64,000 nucleotides of DNA. Origin: an uncultured virus (IMG/VR IMGVR_UViG_3300028797_000105). Lineage: Duplodnaviria; Heunggongvirae; Uroviricota; Caudoviricetes. The translations under genes were made by a program, and so were the position numbers. Every line of letters starts with the position of its first letter. The first letter of the stretch is position 1. Shown here piece by piece: positions 31,807-41,886 of this stretch. The notes beneath the pieces were generated by a model. It made no database searches. It saw only the letters and a list, made by a program, of their open reading frames with translations, and had not been told where the DNA came from. The stretch is taken from the IMG/VR virus record IMGVR_UViG_3300028797_000105, one strand, 5' to 3'.

Positions 31807-32579
31807 TGCCGACACGCATACAGCAATTAGCGTCCAATACGACAATGTATTATCGTGGCGACATCTGTATGGAGATTGCGCCGTTCACCAATTATTACTT
31901 GTTCACGATTTATCGTGAGAGTGAGGATTCGGATGTGGACAATCACGTTCCGTTAAATTTGACAAATCTCGGAACGGTGTATCTTTCGTTTATGGGCGGC
32001 GACAATAAGATACGCATTCCTAATTATAAGGATGCTGAAAATGTTGATGCTGCAAATGGAGAGGTTGTTTTTAGAATAAGTGAATCCGAGGCTGAACGCA
32101 TATTAAATCTTTCAAACAAAACATTCTATATATCTACTGTTATAGAGGACGGCACTTCGTCATCTGACGAAACAGTTTTGTTTAGCGGCAGATGGGGGGA
32201 TTATGCCAATGTTATGGAAACTTCATTGACGGATACGGTAACAACATTGAATGAAACTGTAAATGGGTTGCAGACCCAAATAACAAAAACCATCGCCGAA
32301 TATGATGAGAAGGTTACTGATATGCAGAATAAATTGGATGTGCTTGAAGCGGAGAAATCTGCACTTGAAGCGCAGATTACAGAACTTGAATCAAAAGTTT
32401 CATCGCAAGACATAATTGAAGCCACTATCATTGATGACCGAACCATACCGACACAGACTTCTGGAAACCTTACTGATTTGAATCTTGAACTACTTGCCGA
32501 CCAGATGCAGGTGTCAAGACTTAATTCTGTATTTTCAAAAAACGCAAAATACGACAAAGATGTTGTGAAGGTGAAATAA
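31806..32579 (+). CDS. Putative structural protein with a coiled-coil tail
   Basis: Beta-rich N-terminus and heptad-repeat C-terminus. Confidence 0.6.
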   Translation: MPTRIQQLASNTTMYYRGDICMEIAPFTNYYLFTIYRESEDSDVDNHVPLNLTNLGTVYLSFMGGDNKIRIPNYKDAENVDAANGEVVFRISESEAERILNLSNKTFYISTVIEDGTSSSDETVLFSGRWGDYANVMETSLTDTVTTLNETVNGLQTQITKTIAEYDEKVTDMQNKLDVLEAEKSALEAQITELESKVSSQDIIEATIIDDRTIPTQTSGNLTDLNLELLADQMQVSRLNSVFSKNAKYDKDVVKVK

Positions 32580-32599
32580 CCGATTGTTTTATTAGAATT

Positions 32600-32626
32600 A
32601 AACGGCGGTTTTCTCCGCCGTTTTTT
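32600..32626 (+). terminator. Intrinsic terminator
   Basis: AAACGGCGG-TTTTCT-CCGCCGTTTTTT. Confidence 0.8.
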
Positions 32627-32649
32627 GTATAAATATAGAAAAATGAAAA

Positions 32650-33579
32650 ATGCCGAAAAGACATCATAAAGATTCTATTGGTTGGCCTATTGTTGAAACG
32701 ATAAATGAAAATTATCGTGGGTATCCGAAGTATATTCACTATGATTTTACGCATAGTTCTGAATATTTAATTTTTGATATTCCGCACGGAAATGGATATT
32801 CTATTGCGACACATACATTTCTTGTTTGCACACCAACTCAAATCCTTGCCCAATACACATATACGTTTTCAGATTTTGAAGGTACTATAGAACCATTATA
32901 TTGTGCGATTGATGGATATTTTGGTGCGTTTTTAAAACCTCGTAGGTGTACTTTATGCATATTCAGATATGATTCATCCACACAATCAATATCATTATAT
33001 CGTTCACAAACAACATCGTATAATTTTCCGAAACCAGACGTGTATGCTTATAAATTGAATGATGTTAATTATTTTTCTCTTGGTAAATGTAATACAAGAG
33101 AAACGCCTGGTATGTATAGGGTGTCTGACGGGTTGTGGAGTGTTTCAGAAACGAATGGTCGAACATATCGTGTTATGTTATCCCATAATTATTCATCAGC
33201 ATATCCTTATTTGTCATTGCTAATACACGTACACGGTTACGGTGCTGTTATTGTGAAATCGGCAAATAATTACGGATTTGGATTTAGCTCGGATACAAGT
33301 CTTTCGTTGAGTAATTGTGTTGCTGTTAGTAATACAGCAGCAATAACTTCTTGTAGTCAATATCCGATTTTTGGTAGGAATTGGTATATAAACGGCAATA
33401 AACGATTATTCGGAGCTGGTGCTCATCCAATTATAATCAGTGATGACTATACACAACTTTCTATTGATAATAGTGATACTTGGGAAGGTGGCGGCAGATT
33501 TTTTATCTCTGATAATAAGTTTTATGCTTGGACGGGTTCGCCAAATTATGATTTGTATTTAGTAACGCATCAATCGTAA
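32650..33579 (+). CDS. Hypothetical Tyr/Ser-rich beta protein
   Basis: 309-aa ORF after a late promoter. Confidence 0.65.
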   Translation: MPKRHHKDSIGWPIVETINENYRGYPKYIHYDFTHSSEYLIFDIPHGNGYSIATHTFLVCTPTQILAQYTYTFSDFEGTIEPLYCAIDGYFGAFLKPRRCTLCIFRYDSSTQSISLYRSQTTSYNFPKPDVYAYKLNDVNYFSLGKCNTRETPGMYRVSDGLWSVSETNGRTYRVMLSHNYSSAYPYLSLLIHVHGYGAVIVKSANNYGFGFSSDTSLSLSNCVAVSNTAAITSCSQYPIFGRNWYINGNKRLFGAGAHPIIISDDYTQLSIDNSDTWEGGGRFFISDNKFYAWTGSPNYDLYLVTHQS

Positions 33580-33608
33580 ATTCCATATCTGTTGTTTTTC
33601 GTTACGAT

Positions 33609-33679
33609 GCAAAAATACAATATATTTTTGAATTGTCAACAATTTTTTTTTCAAAAAATTATCAACAAAGTTTTCAACA
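33609..33679 (-). promoter_or_regulatory. Bacteroidota-type promoter module with paired DnaA-box-like 9-mers
   Basis: Minus-strand TATTTTTGC (33609-33617); TTATCAACA at 33659 and TTTTCAACA at 33671. Confidence 0.6.
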
Positions 33680-33700
33680 TTATAAATAAAGAAAAAATTT

Positions 33701-34336
33701 ATGATTCGCATAGGGATAGATTATTCTTTAAATTCACCAGCGGTTTGCATCGAGGATGAGCACAGCATACAATTTATGTCATTTTTCAATGCTGATGGGC
33801 TTGAATGGAAAAGGGAGAAACCTTTGAAAAAATTTTATTATCATAACATATTGTCGGATATTATACCAATGTTTGCATACAATAGGAATACCGATAAGAG
33901 CACATATCAGTCGGAGCAGGTTTCAAAAATGAGGGATGCCGAGATGGTAAGCGATATGATAACTGAAAAATTGACACGTTATATGAGTGGTGATTGTGTT
34001 GTGTCGCTTGAAGGGTTTGCATTTCAAAGCCAAGGTGCAGCATTCATTGATTTGATTATGTTCAATAGTTTTCTCCGTAAGGACATTATACGGATGTTCG
34101 GTTATGACAAACTTATGATTGTTGCCCCGACTTCTGCAAAGAAACTTGCTGGGAAGGGAAATGCGAACAAGGACTATATGATAAACGCTTTCATTGAAAA
34201 CAAACTCGGAGATGAAAAATTGGCCGCATCTGATTTTTATAAATATGTTGCGAACAATGAACTTGATTATAAGAATATAAAACCGATAGACGATTTGGTT
34301 GATGCCTATTGGATAATGAAAAGCCAGAGCTTATGA
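33701..34336 (+). CDS. RuvC-like Holliday junction resolvase
   Basis: IGIDYSL, LEG, PTSAKK..GKGNANK and DDLVDAY motifs. Confidence 0.85.
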   Translation: MIRIGIDYSLNSPAVCIEDEHSIQFMSFFNADGLEWKREKPLKKFYYHNILSDIIPMFAYNRNTDKSTYQSEQVSKMRDAEMVSDMITEKLTRYMSGDCVVSLEGFAFQSQGAAFIDLIMFNSFLRKDIIRMFGYDKLMIVAPTSAKKLAGKGNANKDYMINAFIENKLGDEKLAASDFYKYVANNELDYKNIKPIDDLVDAYWIMKSQSL

Positions 34337-35049
34337 TTGGAATAGTTGAAGATAATTATGACCCGATGTATAAAGGCCGTGTTCGGGTTAGGATATACGG
34401 CGTAACAGACCAGAAGAATGAAGATGGCGGGTATGTCATACCATCGGAGATGCTTCCGTGGGCTATACCTACTGGATTGGTACAAGGTGGAAGCACAAGT
34501 GGTGCTGGTGAGTTTTCTGTGCCAAAAATCGGCTCTGTTGTGCGTGTGAACGGCACAATAAACAATCCAGAGTGGGACGGCAATATGTATGTTTCTGATG
34601 AGGTTTCGGCTGAAATAGGAACTGATTTTTATACGAGTGCCCACGTTTTGATATATGACACCAATCTTGCCAATGACGCTGACAATTTCAGAAAAGGTGA
34701 GTATATAAAAGTGTTTTTTACTGAAGAAAAGGGGTTTGTTATAGATTTCAAGAACGCATACGGGGCGACCACATTCAATATGACACCAGACGGCGAATTG
34801 AATATGAGTAATTCAAATGGTGATTGCATATCATTGAAGAACGGGAATGTGTCAATAAGTTCAGACAAAGAGATTGTAATCAATTCACCTTGCGTGAAAC
34901 TTGGCACGGATGCTGTTGAGGGGTTGTTGAAAGGAAACAAGTTTTTGGAATACTTCAATGCACATACGCATATGGTAAATGGTGTGGAGAGCGAACCGCC
35001 AAATCCTGCTATGAATCCAGATGTTGTGAGTAGCAATGTATATGTTTAG
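34333..35049 (+). CDS. Baseplate hub/central spike (gp5/gpV-like)
   Basis: GIVEDNYDP..GRVRVR..LPWA..PKIG OB-fold signature; C-terminal HTH His pair. Confidence 0.8.
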   Translation: MIGIVEDNYDPMYKGRVRVRIYGVTDQKNEDGGYVIPSEMLPWAIPTGLVQGGSTSGAGEFSVPKIGSVVRVNGTINNPEWDGNMYVSDEVSAEIGTDFYTSAHVLIYDTNLANDADNFRKGEYIKVFFTEEKGFVIDFKNAYGATTFNMTPDGELNMSNSNGDCISLKNGNVSISSDKEIVINSPCVKLGTDAVEGLLKGNKFLEYFNAHTHMVNGVESEPPNPAMNPDVVSSNVYV

Positions 35050-35056
35050 AAATAAG

Positions 35057-35083
35057 AAAGCCGCCAGAAATTTGGCGGCTTTT
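35057..35083. terminator. Bidirectional terminator
   Basis: AAAGCCGCCA..TGGCGGCTTTT between convergent genes. Confidence 0.75.
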
Positions 35084-35084
35084 G

Positions 35085-35534
35085 TTATCTTGGCATATTG
35101 TCTTGTATCATTCTCTCAAAGTCTATTGTTCCGTTTGACAGTTCTTTGCATTTGTCTATGAATTTTTGTCTGTCCGAACTATCTCCGAATGTTATGACAT
35201 TGTGTACGGCCACATTTATGTATGTTATTGGGGAAAACGGAGTGAGTTTAACTGGCATAGGTTTTGATACTTCACGTTTGTATGTTGCCATTATTTTGCC
35301 GTCATCTCCGTAGAAGTTCACCGCCGCTGGACTTATTTCATTTGAGAATTTTGGGTTGTTTTTGAGTTGTAGTAGTTCGGTTTTGAAACATTCCTTCAGT
35401 TTCGGCATAATATACAAGAACAAATCGGCTTTTGTGATGTTCGTGCAGCAGTAACCTGCATTTCCGTTTGAGTTGTTGCCGAGAGATATTTCATCAACGG
35501 TGTGCTTTTTTGTGTAGTCGGACAGATTTTTCAT
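35085..35534 (-). CDS. Hypothetical protein
   Basis: Likely start MKNLSDY, directly after the upstream stop. Confidence 0.6.
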   Translation of the reverse strand: MKNLSDYTKKHTVDEISLGNNSNGNAGYCCTNITKADLFLYIMPKLKECFKTELLQLKNNPKFSNEISPAAVNFYGDDGKIMATYKREVSKPMPVKLTPFSPITYINVAVHNVITFGDSSDRQKFIDKCKELSNGTIDFERMIQDNMPR

Positions 35535-35535
35535 A

Positions 35536-36237
35536 TTACGGGATTGGTGCTGTTGCGTTTTCTGGCGGAATAACTCGGTCAACGGATTTCCAGTTTCCGT
35601 CAAGTGGAATTATCTTGCTTCTGTCAATTATGAACGGATAAATGAAGTTTGGATTTGGGAATGTTTTGTGCGCTCCGTTGAACAAGAAAATCTTATCCAC
35701 CTTTATTGGTCTGTAATTGACACCAGATGCGGGTTGTCTGTCATTGAGTTTGCTTGGCTGGCAGTACATAGATACTTCGGCTTTTGAGAGTTCTTTGACA
35801 TAACCGTCATCTTGCAGCATAAAGTATTTTGTCAGTTTTGTGAAATCAATCACTGGAAACACAAGTTCGCCCTTTCTGTTGAACTCAACCATAGCGTAAC
35901 CGCTTACCTTTGACGAACCATCATTTCTTCTTTGAAGGTCGTGGTTTGGGTTTTTTCTTCTGACAAGTTCCTTGTATGTGTGTCCGAACTTGAATGTGTA
36001 TCTTGTTGCTGTGTATAGTTTTCCGTAAAGGTTGTTTCTTATTCTGTTGCCATTAACGTCTGTTATCACAGCGGCGAGTTTGTCATCCATTGTGTTTACA
36101 GAATATACGCTGACAAATGTGCTTTTCTTTATCTGGGAAATCATATCGAAGAAATCGTCAATCCTTTGGGCGAGCGTTTTCTGCGATGCCATCTCCAGAA
36201 GCATATCAACGAATTTGTCCGTTCTTAAAATTTCCAT
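35536..36237 (-). CDS. Hypothetical protein
   Basis: 233-aa ORF with a leader-like N-terminus. Confidence 0.65.
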   Translation of the reverse strand: MEILRTDKFVDMLLEMASQKTLAQRIDDFFDMISQIKKSTFVSVYSVNTMDDKLAAVITDVNGNRIRNNLYGKLYTATRYTFKFGHTYKELVRRKNPNHDLQRRNDGSSKVSGYAMVEFNRKGELVFPVIDFTKLTKYFMLQDDGYVKELSKAEVSMYCQPSKLNDRQPASGVNYRPIKVDKIFLFNGAHKTFPNPNFIYPFIIDRSKIIPLDGNWKSVDRVIPPENATAPIP

Positions 36238-36257
36238 AGTTGGTTTTATTGTTTTTG

Positions 36258-36851
36258 TTATCTCGGCATCACGGCGTTTTTGCGGACTGTTTTGAGTTTT
36301 TCGCCAGAGAAGAAGAATCCTTCAAAGAAATATCCGATTTTTGCAATTACGGAATTGGGTTCGGTTTGTTCCAATGTTTTTGTGTCATCAAGGACAAATA
36401 CTTCATTGAGTTCTTCTTCGGCATAATAAGTTGCGATGTCAAGGAGTTTTTTGTTTGTGAGGATTTCTTCAAGTTTCGGAAATTGAAATCCACCAAACTG
36501 TTTTTTAACTTGTTCTTGTGCTTGTAAGTCAAGGTCATCGCCATCTTCATCAATCATATTGTCACAACCAATAAATTCAGCAAACCCGTTGCGAATTATA
36601 AATGAAGCATTTTCTATTGTAATTTCTTTACCACGATATTTGTAATACACTTCGTGTGATGCGTTATTAAATGTATTGTCATCCGTTTTTTCAATTTTGA
36701 ATGGTTTACCATCAACGGAAATCGTCATAAAGTCATTATCGTCACTCACGATTGCGATGTTGTGATTTCTCCAAACCAATGTATTGCCGTCATATTTTTG
36801 ATAGTTTGGCATAACATTTGTCATTTCGTTTATTCTTTTAATGTGTACCAT
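36258..36851 (-). CDS. Hypothetical protein
   Basis: 197-aa ORF starting MVHIKRINE. Confidence 0.65.
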   Translation of the reverse strand: MVHIKRINEMTNVMPNYQKYDGNTLVWRNHNIAIVSDDNDFMTISVDGKPFKIEKTDDNTFNNASHEVYYKYRGKEITIENASFIIRNGFAEFIGCDNMIDEDGDDLDLQAQEQVKKQFGGFQFPKLEEILTNKKLLDIATYYAEEELNEVFVLDDTKTLEQTEPNSVIAKIGYFFEGFFFSGEKLKTVRKNAVMPR

Positions 36852-36875
36852 AGTATTAAATTTTATTTTTCTATG

Positions 36876-38684
36876 TTAAAGTGCTACGCCTCCGCCATCA
36901 TTATCATTTGATTTCGTGTCGGGTTTGTCGCTTTGCTTTTCTGTGTTGTCTGGCTTTTCCTCTTTTGGCTTTTCCTCTTTTGTCTTTTCTTCTTTTGGCT
37001 TTTCTTCTTTATCGGGATTGCCATCTTTTTCGGATTTGTTTTCGTCTGACTTTTCTTCGTCTTTGTTTGAATCCTCATTTTTCTTTTCTTCGTCTTTCCC
37101 ACCATCGTCTTTGGATTCGTTATCCTTTTTTTCTTCGTCTTTCTTTTCGGAATTTTCGTCTGACTTTTCTTCGTCCTTTTTATCTGAATCGGAATTGCTT
37201 TCGGGTTCTTCTTTCTTTTCTTCGTTATCTTCTTTCTTTTCAGAATCCTTATCTTTTTCTGTTTCTTCCGATTTTTCAGTTTCTTCCTTTTTTACATCAT
37301 TGCTATCGTCTTTGGAATCCTCTGACTTTGTTTCTTTGGCTTCTTCCTGCTTGGTGTCATCTGATGTTTTTTCGGTTTCCTCTGATTTTTGGTTTTCGCC
37401 AGTTTCTTTCTCGTTTTCGGTATCGGATTCTTTTTTGTCAGTTTCCGAATCATCGTCTTTTTCGTCCACATCTTCACCTATGCTTTTCATAAAGTCTGTA
37501 AATGACATAACTTTATCGTCAGTTTTCTTGTTGTCGCCATCCATAAGTTCCTTAAACGATTTGACATCCTCGGTTTTATCGGAAACGTGATTCCATATCT
37601 GTTCAACTTCCTTGTTAAAAGCATCCTTTACATTGCCGCTGATAAGAGAGCCTCCGTTATCCCCGTCTTTCGTGTTCATAAACATACCAGTTATGATTTG
37701 GAACACGGTGGTCAGACTTGGATTTTTTTGCAAAATTTCAACGGTCTCTTGGTTTTTTATTTTTTCAAGGTTTACTGAATATGATTCGTTCACATTGCCC
37801 TTAACGTCTTTCAATAGGGCTTGCTCTTTTTTGATGTATTCGTTGAAAAGTTTGCAGATAATGTCAATGTATCGGTCGTTTTCGGTTTCACCTTCGGCTT
37901 TTATTTTTTTAATATCCACAGTTTGCAGATATGCAATGAAGTTTGCGAGGATGATTTCAGATTCAGTCCCGTCAATCTTTCCGAACTCGTGCTTGTTCTG
38001 TTTTATGAGTGCGGTCATATATGGGTCAACAAGTTTGAGTGTTGTTGATTTCTTTGAGCCAGGCTTGTAGAACTTGAATATAAAGCTGTCTATTCCACCC
38101 ATAAATTCATCGCTCAATGCGCTGTGCGTCATTTGCGGGTTGAGCAAACTTATAACGTATTGTGAGAATGATATGCCGTTCAAATCCCCGTTTGACAGAT
38201 ATTCTGTGAGTTTTTCTTTCTGAAACTCTGACATAAATCCGTTGAATATTGGCTGGGCGTAGTCTATTTGCAAGCGTTCAGCCCATTTTTTCAATACATT
38301 GGGGTCTTCTATGATAGTGTTGCCAGTGTCAATGCAGGACAGAATCAGATTGTTCTGCGGCATATTCTTATAGTTAATCATATTGTTGTCGTTTGATACG
38401 ACATATTGCATACGGAACAGCCAGTTCTCTGGAAATTCCATATAGAAAATCATACTTGTCCTTTTGATGTGGTCAATGCCGTTTTGGAAATATGTGTATA
38501 GCATTGAGTTAATGTCGTTGATTTCCTCGTTGCTTCTGCCCTTGTAGAAATATAGGGTGTCCCCTATTCTCTTGAACGATAATGTTGATGCGTTTATTTT
38601 TTCATAAACCATCGTGTAACCGTTCATAAGGTCGTTCACATATTCAAGGCCGTTTGACTGTATCGTTTCTTGAAAAGTTTTCAT
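36876..38684 (-). CDS. Ligase-fold-like protein with a ~200-aa E/D/K-rich disordered tail
   Basis: VYEKINAS resembles ligase motif I (weak); low-complexity C-terminus. Confidence 0.6.
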   Translation of the reverse strand: MKTFQETIQSNGLEYVNDLMNGYTMVYEKINASTLSFKRIGDTLYFYKGRSNEEINDINSMLYTYFQNGIDHIKRTSMIFYMEFPENWLFRMQYVVSNDNNMINYKNMPQNNLILSCIDTGNTIIEDPNVLKKWAERLQIDYAQPIFNGFMSEFQKEKLTEYLSNGDLNGISFSQYVISLLNPQMTHSALSDEFMGGIDSFIFKFYKPGSKKSTTLKLVDPYMTALIKQNKHEFGKIDGTESEIILANFIAYLQTVDIKKIKAEGETENDRYIDIICKLFNEYIKKEQALLKDVKGNVNESYSVNLEKIKNQETVEILQKNPSLTTVFQIITGMFMNTKDGDNGGSLISGNVKDAFNKEVEQIWNHVSDKTEDVKSFKELMDGDNKKTDDKVMSFTDFMKSIGEDVDEKDDDSETDKKESDTENEKETGENQKSEETEKTSDDTKQEEAKETKSEDSKDDSNDVKKEETEKSEETEKDKDSEKKEDNEEKKEEPESNSDSDKKDEEKSDENSEKKDEEKKDNESKDDGGKDEEKKNEDSNKDEEKSDENKSEKDGNPDKEEKPKEEKTKEEKPKEEKPDNTEKQSDKPDTKSNDNDGGGVAL

Positions 38685-38748
38685 ACGATTATTTTTATTT
38701 GATTTTTATTATATATTTATATGAGAAGATTATAAATAAAAAACGAAT

Positions 38749-39084
38749 ATGGAACAAACTAATTATGTTTCCGTGAGGAAACTTACAAGAGAAGAGGCGT
38801 TTGAAGTTTACAGCAAACTATCAAAGGAACGCCTTATTGAAATGCTGATAGCCTGCAACGAGGCGTTGGATGCGGCTTTGCTCGGAACACCAAGTCAGAT
38901 GTATCCGATACAAGCACCAGCACATACGGGTTACTATGACTGCTCTGACTGGCAACATTGTAAGAATCCGTATAGGGATTGCATAGGTTGCCCGTTAGGT
39001 GTTGGCGGAGGCAATTCATATACTATAACATCAACAGACACGATAGGTACATCGAAGTTTGTTGGTAACAAGCAAAATGAATAG
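38749..39084 (+). CDS. Hypothetical protein with a Cys cluster
   Basis: C....HC.NP..DC.GCP. Confidence 0.6.
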   Translation: MEQTNYVSVRKLTREEAFEVYSKLSKERLIEMLIACNEALDAALLGTPSQMYPIQAPAHTGYYDCSDWQHCKNPYRDCIGCPLGVGGGNSYTITSTDTIGTSKFVGNKQNE

Positions 39085-39086
39085 AA

Positions 39087-39746
39087 ATGGAAGCGAAAAA
39101 TAATGCAGACAAAATAGAGGGAATCTTGGAAGATTTCAATGACGGCACGATAGACAATATCGTGGATGACAACACCCTTGTTTTCGCAGAAAACGATGAG
39201 GAAACATTACGCAAGGCACGGGAGGCTCGTGAGAAGGAGATAATGGAACGTGTAGGTTTGGCGAAGAAAGAGGCGGAAGCCATCGTTTCTTCCGCAAAGG
39301 ACTTGTACGGAAAAAGTGCGAGTGATGTGAGTTATGTCCAGTTTAAGGCAAAGGCGGATGCCGACAGCCTCGGAAAGATATTGTTCCAAGTTGAACAGAC
39401 CGAGGATGTGATAAAAGTGATTGCCGATGCCATTTTATGTGGGGACATTAATCCAAACCTTGTTAAGTGCTTTTCTGATTTGCAGAAAACCGAAATGGAG
39501 TTGCTTAAAACAAAAAATCTTTATCTGACCTCAATAGAATCCTCATTCAAACAGATAACAACTGATGTTGAAATGACTGCGGCCATAGAGGTTGAATCGG
39601 AAGATGAGAATGATGTGTCAAGTGCAAAGACAAGAAGCAGCAGGGATTTGCAGCGTTTGCTTGAAATTGCTGCGGAAAAAGTGAAGGAAGCGAGGTCTGA
39701 AAGCGGAGACACCGATGGCGATGATGAAAAAGCAAAGTTATTTTAG
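39087..39746 (+). CDS. Helical acidic protein (possibly terminase small subunit-like)
   Basis: The ORF is clear; the function is a weak guess from size and helicity. Confidence 0.5.
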   Translation: MEAKNNADKIEGILEDFNDGTIDNIVDDNTLVFAENDEETLRKAREAREKEIMERVGLAKKEAEAIVSSAKDLYGKSASDVSYVQFKAKADADSLGKILFQVEQTEDVIKVIADAILCGDINPNLVKCFSDLQKTEMELLKTKNLYLTSIESSFKQITTDVEMTAAIEVESEDENDVSSAKTRSSRDLQRLLEIAAEKVKEARSESGDTDGDDEKAKLF

Positions 39747-39779
39747 ATATGTCTGAAGTTGAACTTAAAAATAAGAGCG

Positions 39780-40031
39780 ATGAAAATAGAAATGAAGAAC
39801 GGGTATGTGATGATAAAGGATGCCCCGATTGTGGAGGAAAGGACGGAAAGCGGTCTGATTCTTCCAAAAATGAAGTACCAGCGTGTAGCGGAGGTCGTTG
39901 CCGTCCCAGAAGGTTCATCTTTCCATATCGGCGAAAAAATACTAAAGCCGATAGGCCACGGAACACCCGTAAAGATTGACGGCGTGGAATACGAGTGTGT
40001 GAAAGAGGACAAGATTTTCGCACGGCTATAA
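39780..40031 (+). CDS. groES: GroES-like co-chaperonin
   Basis: EERTESGLILP mobile loop; EVVAV, G.KI and VKEDKIFA motifs. Confidence 0.85.
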   Translation: MKIEMKNGYVMIKDAPIVEERTESGLILPKMKYQRVAEVVAVPEGSSFHIGEKILKPIGHGTPVKIDGVEYECVKEDKIFARL

Positions 40032-40035
40032 AATG

Positions 40036-40062
40036 ACGGCTTGCAATTTGCAGGCCGTTTTT
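40036..40062 (+). terminator. Intrinsic terminator
   Basis: ACGGCTTGCA-ATT-TGCAGGCCGT followed by a T run. Confidence 0.75.
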
Positions 40063-40094
40063 GTTTATAAATATAATAGCATTATAATGAGCCG

Positions 40095-40679
40095 ATGATT
40101 GAACTTCTCACATTCAAACTTATCATAGACCTTTTTGACGAACTTCGTGTTTACAATATGGAGATAAAGGAGGTTCAGATTTTCTTATGGAAAAAGCAGA
40201 CCCGCCAATACCAGTATTTCACGTTTGACAGTTATGAAGCATTATATGATTTCTATGTGAACAGATATGCCCCATTTGACTTGTGCCGTGTTTTTGGGGA
40301 CATTTGGGGCGTGAACTGGTTTACAGTGACAAGTGACCTTGACCCGACATACACAATGTCTTTTGGTGCGTATGATGTTTCTGACAATTATTACATAAGG
40401 GACATTTCGCAGTTTGATAATCAGAGAAATTCTGTATGGTCATCGTCAAAAGAAAGGCAAATTGGATATCTGGAAGATACAGTAAGCAGATATGGCGTGT
40501 ATTGGAGAGAACTCTATGATATTTACTTGTCTGGAATATATAGTGTATGCTACGCCGAGCCAGGCTGGACTACCCATACCACCATATTGCAGAGTTATCG
40601 TGAAATGCTGTTTCCAGTAAATCCAGTTGAAGTTGATGACAGATACGCATCAATAGTGTTCACACCAAATCCAGCATAG
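40095..40679 (+). CDS. Hypothetical protein
   Basis: 194-aa ORF after a late promoter. Confidence 0.65.
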   Translation: MIELLTFKLIIDLFDELRVYNMEIKEVQIFLWKKQTRQYQYFTFDSYEALYDFYVNRYAPFDLCRVFGDIWGVNWFTVTSDLDPTYTMSFGAYDVSDNYYIRDISQFDNQRNSVWSSSKERQIGYLEDTVSRYGVYWRELYDIYLSGIYSVCYAEPGWTTHTTILQSYREMLFPVNPVEVDDRYASIVFTPNPA

Positions 40680-40682
40680 AAA

Positions 40683-41093
40683 TCACAACAAATATCTTTT
40701 GTTCAAAGGATATGCTTTCGGTATTTCTATTTTTTTCTTGTTGGTCTTTACGGTTTGGCGCACGCCTTCAATGAATCCGTCAGCAAATCGTTCTTCTATT
40801 GCACGCTGTATTGTTTTGTGCATAGACCTTACTTGCTTATATTGTTCAACCAGTGATTTCTTTTTCTTTTTTATTTCTTCATAATCATTTTCAACTGCAT
40901 TTAAATCGAGCAGTATTCTCGTTTTCTCGTAGTTGTCTGTTTCCTTTTCACGAAATTGTTGAAGTCTGCTTATTGCTTTTTTCTTTTTTTCACATAATTC
41001 CTCGTATGCGTTGATTTCGGTTTTTAGTTCCTGCAATTTTTTTCTGAAGTGCAGGTCTATTTTTCTGATGTTTTTGTTGTGTGCTTCTTTCAT
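40683..41093 (-). CDS. Coiled-coil hypothetical protein
   Basis: 136-aa charged helical ORF. Confidence 0.6.
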   Translation of the reverse strand: MKEAHNKNIRKIDLHFRKKLQELKTEINAYEELCEKKKKAISRLQQFREKETDNYEKTRILLDLNAVENDYEEIKKKKKSLVEQYKQVRSMHKTIQRAIEERFADGFIEGVRQTVKTNKKKIEIPKAYPLNKRYLL

Positions 41094-41094
41094 A

Positions 41095-41733
41095 CTATTG
41101 GTTTTTGTAACAGAACAATTCTGCTCTTAATTGTTTTTTTGCTTGGTTAAACAAATATATGGCGTTTCCTCGTTTGATGCCGAGTGTTTCTGCTATATCG
41201 TCAAATGATGTTTTTCCGCTTTTTGTTGGGGCAAATCCCATTTTCATATCAAATACTGTTCTTCTTTCTTTTGTAAGTTTGTTGATTGCGTTGGTTATAT
41301 CCATAACAGCCGCTATATCTGGGTTGCTGTCGGCAATCGGTATAGGGTCTCCGTTGTCGTATGTTAAGCTGCTGTATTGGTGTGTGATTCTGTCGTATGT
41401 GTATTTGCGGGTTTCGTTGGCAAATGCGGAGTTTGTTCTGTTGTATGGAATATCCACAATGTTTCTGTGCTTGTTGCATTCTTTCTTTGCGTATTCCCTC
41501 ATTCGTTTGTATGCGTATCCCCAGAAAAATTCAAGCCCGCCGCATTTCTTTGTGTCCCAAGTGCCGTATGATTCTATGACGGCTATGGCGCATTCCTGCG
41601 TTATGTCTTTGAATGTTTCTTCTTCTGGTTTAACATTTAGCGAGTGTGCAATTGCGGCAACGTTTTTTGCAAAATCTGGGCACGACAGATAGCCTTCCAC
41701 ATTGCTGTAGTTTTTGTTTTTGAACTGTCTCAT
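41095..41733 (-). CDS. Sigma70-family sigma factor
   Basis: Region 2-like DITQE..IAVIE...WD..F..YA and region 4 HTH L..LT..R.V...SFDDIAETLGI. Confidence 0.75.
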   Translation of the reverse strand: MRQFKNKNYSNVEGYLSCPDFAKNVAAIAHSLNVKPEEETFKDITQECAIAVIESYGTWDTKKCGGLEFFWGYAYKRMREYAKKECNKHRNIVDIPYNRTNSAFANETRKYTYDRITHQYSSLTYDNGDPIPIADSNPDIAAVMDITNAINKLTKERRTVFDMKMGFAPTKSGKTSFDDIAETLGIKRGNAIYLFNQAKKQLRAELFCYKNQ

Positions 41734-41782
41734 ATCATTTTAGGTTTCGGTTATCTTACATATTTGGTTTGGATTTCTGACC

Positions 41783-41852
41783 GCAAAGATACGATAAAAA
41801 ATGACAGCAAAAACGGCTTCTTGAAAATATTTTATTAACCGAGTTATCAACA
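41783..41852 (-). promoter_or_regulatory. Bacteroidota-type promoter with paired DnaA-box-like 9-mers
   Basis: Minus-strand TATCTTTGC (41783-41791); TTATTAACC at 41832 and TTATCAACA at 41844. Confidence 0.65.
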
Positions 41853-41886
41853 ACGGCTCGTATAAATATATTGTATTTTTGTAATT

